Assembly (NCBI GenBank): GCA_951406725.2 | Contig: OX597825.1 | Span: 52,514,001 to 52,578,000, forward strand | Source: Octopus vulgaris | Lineage: Eukaryota | DNA: 64,000 nt | Direction of reading: 5' to 3' | Shown here: positions 54,926-64,000 of the stretch, one piece after another | How the letters are laid out: each line of letters begins with the position of its first letter | Numbering within the stretch: the first letter of the stretch is position 1 | Notes under the pieces: model-generated | What the model was told of the DNA's origin: nothing | Databases searched by the model: none | What the model saw: the letters and a program-made list of their open reading frames with translations, nothing else | Program-made: the position numbers and the translations under genes

Positions 54926-55422
54926 TTTGTATCATGAGTTCAAATCCAGCCAAAGGCATTCTTGCTTCTAATTATTTTGAGTATTGTTAAATTGAAGTTC
55001 CTGTAAGGAAGGTTGATCTTTCCCACTATAACCTCCCCACCTCACCCACACACCCACACACACACAAAAGGCCATGGCATTGTACATAAGAAATCACTAT
55101 TTCAAGTTGTTTCAAGAATTTTTGCTTCTGTCTAACAACAATGACCATTAAGAATCAATGGTGAGACCTTAATCTTGGTCCTCAGCCTTAATACAGCTTA
55201 TGTCATTTTGTTTCAAACATGAACCCATTGAGCACAATAAGGACACCCAATATTTCCAGCAAATACTTTTAGAGTTGAGCTATTAAATGATTGCTTAATC
55301 CCTCTTTATCCTAGCTAATACCATTCGGGATTTCCTCTAAAATGGAACATTCTTCTCCTATGAAGGTATTACTCGTAAATTTACAACCTACAACAATAGT
55401 TGAATGTGTTAGTTATCACTAA

Positions 55423-55473
<51 letters not shown>

Positions 55474-55829
55474 TATTATCTCCATTTCTGTTTCTTGTTC
55501 TGTTTCTTCATAATCCAAACCAACCTCCTATTATATTAAATTTCTCTCTTTGTTTACCATTTATTTTCTGCTTTCCTGATGTTTCCATTCTATTCCCTAC
55601 TTTGTAAAACCATTCTTCTTGTCATCATAAACAACAGATATTCAAAGTGAGTTCTCCATTTTATCTGTATTCAATAGGAATGAATCAACTGTCATAGTAT
55701 TTAAAGTACTTTTCTATGTTAAATTATTTGCTGTTTTCAGCCAGAGAAAACATACAGAAAGAACAAAATAGATCTACAAAAGAACACAACAGAAATCCCA
55801 AGAAACAATTTGCGATCTCTCTTGAGAAG

Positions 55830-55861
<32 letters not shown>

Positions 55862-56039
55862 GCGGGAAAGAGAGAAAGAGATCTGAAGAGAGGATAACAA
55901 CATCTTATTGAATCTGGGAAATTTAAAACATGTTGCAAACTATTTGTTAACAGATTAGCAAATGAGAATGAATTTTGTTGGTAAAATCCACAAAGTACTG
56001 AATATTTTCTATATAGATAAGTATGCATGGGTGGGTGGG

Positions 56040-56091
<52 letters not shown>

Positions 56092-56424
56092 TACACACAC
56101 ACATACACACATGCACACACAAACACTCACTCACATAGACATAAACGCTAACACAGAGTGAATTTTATAAATAAATATGTATGCCTAGATTATCTTTTTT
56201 CAACTTAGATTTTCTTAAGGAATGACAGAATACAGTTGGCAATACTTTGCTATCAATATACACCTAACAAAATGATATTCAAATAAAGTAGTATTTTGTT
56301 AAAAAAAAGCACACATGCATGTATGCTCGCATGTATAAATATGTTGGAATACATGTACACATATGCATCCGATAAATTCTCTTTTATCATCTCCTTACCT
56401 GAAGGATGCAATTTAGATACTCTT

Positions 56425-56826
56425 TTACTCTTTTTATTCTTTTTACTTGTTTCAGTTATTTGACTGTGGCCATGCTGGAGCACCGCCTTTAGTCGAGCAA
56501 ATCAACCCCAGGACTTATTCTTTGTAAGCCTAGTACTTATTCTATCAGTCTCTTTTGCTGAACTGGTAAGTTACGGGGATGTAAACACACCAGCATCGGT
56601 TGTCAAGTGATGTTGGGAGGACAAACACAGATACACACACACGCATGTGCACGCGCACACACACATATATATATATGATGGGCTTCTTCCAGTTTCCATC
56701 TACCAAATCTACTCACAAGGCTTTGGTCGCCTATAGTAGAAGACACTTGCCCAAAGTGCCATGCAGTGGGACTGAACCTGGAACCATGTGATTGGTAAGC
56801 AAGCTACTTACCTCACAGCCACTCCT
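56425..56826 (-). mobile_element. SINE family B
   Basis: Reverse complement of the family B consensus. Confidence 0.85.
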
Positions 56827-56887
56827 TTCCATAAATATGAATATGCATGCATGCATACATACATACATACATACATACATACATACA

Positions 56888-56922
<35 letters not shown>

Positions 56923-57069
56923 GCATATATACAATTATACATCCATACACATACACATACCTACATGAGCACTGGGGTCAATGTAATTGACTTAGCTGCT
57001 CTTCTGAACTTGCTAGCCTTGTGACAAAATTTGAAGTCATTATTGTTATTACTATTATTATTATTATTA

Positions 57070-57370
57070 TTGCCAGTGACATTTAAAAGGCACCTGTGAC
57101 AGTGACACTTAACAGGCACCAGTGCTGGTGACAAATGAAAGGTACCCATGCCAGTGACACTTAAGAAACCTATGCTGGTGATATGTAAAAGGCAATCACT
57201 ACACTTTTGGAGTGGTTGACATTAGGAAGGGCATCCAGCCATAAAAACCAAGCCAAAATCAGACTGGGGCCTGGTACAGCTCTCCTGCTTACTAGTTTTA
57301 GTCAAACCATCTAACCTATGCCAACATGGAAAATTGATGCTAAATGATGATGAGGATAATGAGGATGATG
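57070..57370 (+). mobile_element. SINE family C
   Basis: gtgaca..aaaggcacc repeats plus gagtggttgacattaggaagggcatccagcc...gatgatga. Confidence 0.75.
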
Positions 57371-57388
57371 ATTATCTTTATTGTTATT

Positions 57389-58595
57389 ACCTTCGCCTTA
57401 GTGAAGGCAAAGGTATTGTTTGTCAGTCGTGTTTGTTTGTTGAAGGACAATATATCTTAAGAACTGCTTCATGGATTTGGATGAAACTTTCAGAGATGTC
57501 TGGCCTCATGACTAACACAAACTGATTAGATTTTGGGATCAATCTGGTATTGGACAAGGATTCTAGATTATTTATTATATTTACTTTACATGAAGCATTA
57601 CAATCTTATCTTGACTTTCAAGTCTTTCTCTGATTAACTCCCTTGAAAGCATGCTCATGGTTTCCATGTAAGTTATGGAGGCATTGCTGTTTCCAAAGTT
57701 TTATTTTCATTTCACTATTATTAATTTTACTCATGTTGCTATATTAGTAGAAACTGAAAATCAAACTACATAAACAAATGGCAGCAAAACTATTCAGAAA
57801 TTAAAAAACATTAACATGTTCTGTAACAATAATAAATTTAATTTATCCTCAACAAGTTTTAGTTTTACCAATTTTGAATATATCGTTCCTGTTTAAAACC
57901 TCTTACCTACTTGATAATTGCATTCCTAGCTCTGCCCTGAAAGAAGCTTTACTTCTTTGACTCATGTTTTTTGTGTGCAATGATGTTGTTAAACCTCCAT
58001 TAACAGCACCGTATGCAGGCCCTTTCCATTTTCTTTCACACATAGATAAACTTTTCACTATAGACCTTAATGGCCATAAAGATGCTATATCAGTGAATAG
58101 ACTAAAAAAGGCCTTCATAGAGAAAACTGTCCCTGTTCCCACTGTAGACAACACACACACGGCATTACAAACACAGCGCATATTTTTGGGGAGGAGTAAG
58201 TCAATTGTATAAACCCAAGAACTCAACTCGTACTCATTTCATAGACCTTGGAGGAATTTGAATTCAGAACATAAAGACAAGCGAAATGCTGTAAACATTT
58301 TGCCCAGCTTGCTAACGATCCTGCCAGCCCATTGCCTAATGAATAAGGATAACAACAACAACAACATTCCATGACAAACATTAGGATCGATCAGGTACCA
58401 GACAAGGATTCTGGATTATTAATGTTTTTTTTTAACTAAATTTTTGAGAGCATTCAGGTTTATTTTTAGTATTCTTGTCCGTGAAGGCAGTCGAGTTTAT
58501 TTTAGATATTCTCATATTAAAAAGCATCTCCAGCTAATCGTTGAGAGGAGGACATTAGTGTTGCCTTGGTGGAGTTTTGTGCTCTCTGAGTGCTC

Positions 58596-58600
<5 letters not shown>
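57389..58600 (+). mobile_element. Helentron-associated (HINE/DINE-1-like) termini
   Basis: 5' stem-loop accttcgcctt-agtg-aaggcaaaggt; 3' ccttggtggag subTIR-like plus gtgctc-tct-gagtgc palindrome; block gacaaggattct(a/g)gattatt occurs at ~57553 and ~58401. Confidence 0.55.
57960..58125 (+). pseudogene. Ty3/Gypsy integrase C-terminal GPY/F fragment
   Basis: FVCNDVVKPPLTAPYAGPFHFLSHIDKLFTIDLNGHKDAISVNRLKKAF (PYxGPF...VxRLK motif). Confidence 0.8.
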
Positions 58601-58631
<31 letters not shown>

Positions 58632-58904
58632 TATTATTATTATTATTATTGTTATTGTTGTTGTTGTTGTTGTTGTTATATATAGATATATAATATATAT
58701 AAATTAGAGAAAAACCACTATTATGTAATTCAAACAATGATAGACATAAACTAAATCATAAAGAAAAAATATATTATAAAACATATAACTATATTACAAA
58801 AAAGTACAAAAAATGAATAAACAATATATAATAAGTATATATATATATTCATACATATATATATATGCATACATATATATACATACATATATATACACAT
58901 GCAT

Positions 58905-58938
<34 letters not shown>

Positions 58939-58961
58939 GTATACATATATATATATATACA

Positions 58962-59007
<46 letters not shown>

Positions 59008-59019
59008 TACATACATATA

Positions 59020-60252
59020 CATGGTCTGATCAATAAGTATCTGGACTGTTGCCATAGTAATGAAGCTAATGCTTACAGAGTAAAGTTGCTTGGGACAGAT
59101 TGAACTTAAACTTTGCATAGACCCTAAGTTTTACCATTCTAGCTCATTTCCACTGTTTACAGCAGTGCTTGGAAGGAATGTATGTAGCATGTGATCATCA
59201 CACTGACCATAATAGAGAAAGTTGAGCAGAGAATCTGCATCAAATTTTGCCAAAAGCTTGGTGATACCTGGTCAGAGGCCTATGCAAAGTTGCAGAAAGT
59301 GTATGGAGAGGAGTACATGAGCCACACACAAGTATAGGAGTGGTTCAGATATTTCTGAGATGGCTGACAAAATGTCAATAGTGACAAACGTTTTGGGAGA
59401 CCTGCGACCAGCAGAACTGAGAAAAACATTTCAGATGTGTGTGCAGTTGTGAGAAGAAATTGTCGATTCCCCATCCATGAGTTATCAGAGAATGTGCATA
59501 TTATTTACAGTTCAGTCCATAAACACTGAAGATTTGGGTATGAGATGTGTGTCTGCCAAGTTTGTGCCAAAACTGCTTTCAGCTCACCAAAAAGACACTT
59601 GGGTTTCTGTTGCACAAGATCTCCTTGATTGTGTCAATAATGATGAAAAGATGATGAATTGTGGGTCTATGGCTATGACCACGAAACAAAGGCTCAGTCT
59701 TAACAGCAGAAGACCCCAACCTCTCTGAGACCAAAAAATGTATGAATGAGTAGATGCAATGTGAAGACATTGCTGACCCTTTTCTTTGATTTCAAGGGGA
59801 CTTTTCAGACAGTAAACAAGGAGTACTACCATGACATTTTGCAGGATGCTATTCATCAGAAAAGGTCACAATTGCATGCTTCTGGTGGGTGGCAGTTGCA
59901 CCATGACAACTCACTTGCCCATGTTTTTGGGTAGGCACAGCATTCCCCAGATTCAACAGGCACCATTTTCCCCAGATCTTGCCCCTTGTGACATTTTCCT
60001 CTTTCCAAAAATCAAATCTCACTTGAAAGGAAGAAGATTTCAGGACGTCGAGGAAATCAGTCAATGTGGCAAGGCAGCTGCTGATTATCACGGGAAACAA
60101 GTTCCAAGAATGCTTCCATTAATGGAAACAATGCTCGATTAAGTGTGTGGCTTCCGAAGGGGACTTCTTTGAAGGAGATTAAATGTCAAATTGCTATGTG
60201 TTGTAGTTTTGTTTTTATAGCACCAGTCTGGATATTTATTGATCAGATCTTG
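59020..60252 (+). mobile_element. Decayed near-full-length mariner transposon
   Basis: TA|catggtctgatcaataagtatctggactg and cagtctggatatttattgatcagatcttg TIRs; EQRICIKFCQKLG, SAKFVPKLL, DELWVYGYDHETK, HHDNSLAH, PFSPDLAPCDIFLFPKIK. Confidence 0.92.
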
Positions 60253-60253
60253 T

Positions 60254-60752
60254 GGTAGTTTTTCTGGTGTTTAAATGTACACTATTCTATATTGAGAATA
60301 TGTTATCTATTCACATTTTATACATGCTAGGCCACTGGTTGTGAAATTAAAAAAAAAAAAACTCGCTACCCTATATTTTATGTATATGTTTTTAGCAATT
60401 ATTAGAAGAATAGTTCGGCATTCATTCATTTACTGCCGACTGAAACTATGCTTGCGCGGTGAATTGAAAAATTATAATGTATAATAAGGAGACACGTGTT
60501 ATTTGTCTCTTAATTATATATTAGTGTTATGGCGCGGTCACTGATGAGAATTTCGCCTGGCAAATTATTTTATTTGCTACGAAAATTTGAAACCTAGGTT
60601 TGACCAGAATAAAATAACAAGGTCAAAGTTTTTATTTTTCCTTCCCTTTGAAAATTGCTCTTAAATGTTGTTTTGATCGTTTTGACTACTTCTTCTAGCA
60701 TGTAAAACTGCCTGTTGAAGGTAGTTTCTCTTGTGTTTAAATGTACACTATT
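60254..60752 (+). mobile_element. Retrozyme-like / Penelope pseudo-LTR unit: 466-bp period with 33-bp terminal direct repeat and central HHR
   Basis: ggtagtttttctggtgtttaaatgtacactatt (60254-60286) versus ggtagtttctcttgtgtttaaatgtacactatt (60720-60752), 2 mismatches. Confidence 0.65.
60536..60605 (+). ncRNA. Minimal type-I hammerhead ribozyme, all core nucleotides intact
   Basis: ggtca-CTGATGA(60541-47)-long stem II (gaatttcg..tggcaaat / atttgcta..cgaaaattt)-GAAA(60589-92)-cctagg-TT-tgacc; stem I ggtca/tgacc, palindromic stem III ACCTAGGT, predicted cleavage after 60600. Confidence 0.85.
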
Positions 60753-61020
60753 TGATATATATACATACAAATAACAAGCAATATATTAAATAGAGATTCA
60801 ATTGACAATCTAACAATTTATTTATATTATAACATAACATAATATACAATGAATATAATATAAGATAGCATAAAAAAACAACAATATATATATATACATA
60901 TTTAAATATATAAACTAAACATATATATACATATATATGTATATATGTAATATGGATATATATGTACCTATATGTGATGTGGATATATATGTACATATGT
61001 ATACATATATATAAATATGT

Positions 61021-61135
61021 GGAGGCGCAATGGCCCAGTGGTTACGGCAGCGGACTAATGGTCATAGGATGACAGTTTTGATTCCCAGACCGGGCGTTCT
61101 GAGTGTTTATTGAGCAAAAACACCTAAAAGCTCCA
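61021..61135 (+). mobile_element. tRNA-derived SINE head
   Basis: ggaggcgcaatggcccagtggtta (A box) ... gttttgattcc (B-box-like); no complete cloverleaf. Confidence 0.65.
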
Positions 61136-62467
61136 TGCCCTGTTCTTGTTACCACTTTCACCCTCCTCAAAAAATCCCAAATTTTATTTAATTTACTTTG
61201 CAGGAAGGATTGTTTCAACGAAGTCGCATCTTGTCCTTACCTTCGAAACGTGAAGTCAATGAAACAGATACAACTGAAGAAGGGGAATATTCTATATGTT
61301 GTATGTCTCCTTTCTCTATTCTTTTCATTGTTTGAAAAGAAGTTCGTTTCTATGTTTTTGTGTTTATGTTTTCATTTCTTACTGTGTTCAACATTTTTTT
61401 TATGTTCTGTACCCATATATGCATGTATATATACATATATATGTAGGTATGTACATATACGTATGTATATGTGCATACATTTATATATTATTCATATTAT
61501 TATATGATCGAACGCCATGCATCCTTTCCCAAGTAAGTTTTATCTATCTATCTATCTAAATATATATATATATATATGATATTAATAGATAGATAGATAG
61601 ATATACACACACGTATATTAATATACATCTATCTATCTATCTATCTATCTAACTATCTATCTATCTATCTATCTATCTATATATATATATATATATATAC
61701 ATATATGTATATATGTGTGTGTGTGTGTACACACACGCATATATATGAATTGAATTAAATTGAACTAGTTTCAGCTCATGAGCTGTCATTTGGTGTTGCT
61801 ATATATATGTTAATCAGCAGAAGTTACAGTATGACTTAAAACTAAGAGTCTTGTACATTGATACCAATGCACAGAACTCTCAGGCCTTAAGTCACAGTAA
61901 CTTGTGATGAGATGTGCGTGTGTGTGTGTGTGTATGTGCGTGTCTGTATCTATGTATATATAAGCACACATTATCTTCAGCAGATTCAATTGAAATTATG
62001 CCATTTATTTATTTCTTCATTTTTGTATATTTGTTAATAGATGTGTCGCTATGTTATTGACAGCAATTTAGTTAAAGATAAACATGAAGTAATTTGCATA
62101 TAAATTGTAAAACTACTCTTGTTTATATACTGCCCACCTGAATAACTTTGCTGTCTGAAGCCTATCAAAACATGAAAGCTTGTGTGAATGGAAAATTATG
62201 GTTAATGTTTGTCAATAGAAAATAATCACGTAATTATGTGACATTGATTATAATTATTGAAGAATCTATTCTGTGTAATATTTACATGTACAGTTTAGAA
62301 AACTATAGCTGGCAGGAGATAATAAATTGAACGCTCAATGTTAATATAATATATATATTGTGTGTGAATCTTTTATATAATTAGTTCAGGATTGTGTTTA
62401 GATTTTGTTGGCAACTAAATTAAATTGAATAAATGTTGAGAGAATCAAATGCCATAATTACTTCTGC

Positions 62468-62720
62468 ATAGTACAGTATCAGAAATAGAAAGATTGGCTT
62501 ATAGTCATTAAACTTATATATAGTACAGTATCAGAAACAGAGATAGACCCATAGCCATTAAAGTTCTATATATACTGAATCAGAAATATAGAGACACACC
62601 TAAGGCCATTAACTTCTATAGAGTACAGTTTCAGAAATGCATATACAGACTTATAGCCATTAAAGTTTTGTATTGTGCAGTATCACACATGCTAAGACAG
62701 ATGCATAACCATTAAACACC
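62468..62720. repeat. ~50-bp tandem repeat, about 5 diverged copies
   Basis: Unit tagtacagtatcagaaa...atagccattaaa recurs. Confidence 0.8.
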
Positions 62721-63339
62721 TTTCTTACTATCAGATGTCAGATATTGAAACACAGATCAACAATCATTAAATTTCAGTTTGGTTGTGAGGTACTTCAATA
62801 TCAGTTGAGAATGTATTTATGGAGAAATGCAGGTATCCTCTAGCTGGAGAAACAATTCCTCTCCTAGTGAAGCTGATTGATTGACTCCTGGGTGACAGTG
62901 ATGCAAACATAAACAAAGAGAGCCTACATCTTATATTTACAGCCACATCATATGTCCTATGAGAACCTTGAGGATGAATACATGGCTGAAAAAGACAGAG
63001 ACATGATAGGCTACCAATGCCAAGTTGGACACCAAGCAGAGGCAAAAGAACTTCATGCAAAATCTTATAGCCTGTTAGTGTCACTGGAAATGATATTGCT
63101 GGTGATTTTCTCACACAAATGAATGGTGGCACTCTTCCATACCAGATCATCTTATTTGGCTTCCAGGTACTCTTGGTTGGCTTTTGGGAGAATGAGTGAA
63201 CCAAAAATGCAGGTATCATCCATGGGAGTCAGCCAAATTTTGTTCAAGACAGATCATAATGCCACATCATCATCATCAAATTGATTACCCTTTTAATTCA
63301 AATTTAAATTTATCTTGAGTCCATGGAACAATAAGCCTA

Positions 63340-63610
63340 GTGTAGGTTAATGAAATCACAGATTGATAAGGATTAATGTGATTGATAGGGATTAAAGCAA
63401 TTAATTGTAATTAATGAGATTGATCAGGGTTTATGAAATTGATGGAGGTTAGTGAGATTGTTTGAGGTTAATGAGATCCCTTCATGTTAATGAGGTTAAT
63501 GATATACAAGATAGCAAGTTTGTTAGAGATTTTGAGAGCACTGAAACTGATAGAGGTTAATGAAATAGAGGTTAATGTATCAAGGGTTAATGATATTGAT
63601 AGAGATTAAA
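63340..63610. repeat. Degenerate ~20-bp minisatellite
   Basis: Repeated ggttaatga(a/g)attgat units. Confidence 0.7.
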
Positions 63611-64000
63611 GAGAAAATTCCTTGATATTTCTCTCTATACTTCTCTCCATAACTCTTCATTCAGTTAACACCTCTCACTTATAACATTAAGAAATTAAAA
63701 TAAAATACCATATTTACACACCACCCCTCAAGGGACAAAAACTACTGTTCAAGGAATGTCTGGAAGGGGAAAAGAATTTAACAGCTGCTATTACCAAAAG
63801 TGTGGAAGAAGTAAATCCAAAAGAACTAGTCTTTAGTGATGTAATAGTTCTAATAATTAAAAGAAAATATATAACAGCTACTTCAACAACCATTCCATTC
63901 AAGAATTCAATGTTACCATAAATATCCCTTAAGAAACTGTGTCTTTTACAGCTCACCTCAATCCAATTCTAAGCAGCACCAATATTCTTCCATATATCTA

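Noticed and set aside
62468-62720. CRISPR-like repeat-spacer array
   Set aside because: Whole ~50-bp units are homologous with no unique spacers, there are no cas genes, and the context is eukaryotic. The same applies to 21165-21500 and 54590-54780.
62767-63219. 150-aa minus-strand ORF as a host gene
   Set aside because: No recognisable domain or splice context; the plus strand has faint RTE-like remnants (QMNGGTLPYQIILFG), so it is probably antisense to a decayed LINE.
63714-63960. Overlapping short ORFs at the window end
   Set aside because: No recognisable motif; may be a TE fragment continuing beyond the window.

Overview
AT-rich eukaryotic non-coding DNA, dense in microsatellites and almost entirely transposon-derived. 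The SINE, Dong/R4, RTE and mariner repertoire strongly suggests an Octopus (coleoid cephalopod) genome; this is an inference from recalled repeat families. No intact host protein-coding gene, rRNA, true tRNA or CRISPR array can be supported, and nearly all ORFs in the track are microsatellite read-through or decayed TE frames. The window holds three decayed mariner elements, several Dong/R4 and RTE LINE relics, at least four SINE families, Helitron/Helentron-type non-autonomous elements, a piggyBac-type MITE, a probable solo LTR and a Gypsy integrase scrap. The standout signal is a set of minimal type-I hammerhead ribozyme (HHR) motifs with palindromic stem III. One has an intact core (60536-60605) and sits inside a 466-bp unit with a 33-bp terminal redundancy, like a retrozyme or circular-RNA copy. 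Another lies at 20284-20367. Others are built into two unrelated ~400-450-bp fold-back elements (34149-34601, 40059-40455), and a third long fold-back (18785-19552) carries an HHR-like half core. Coordinates were counted by eye; edges of degraded repeats are approximate.
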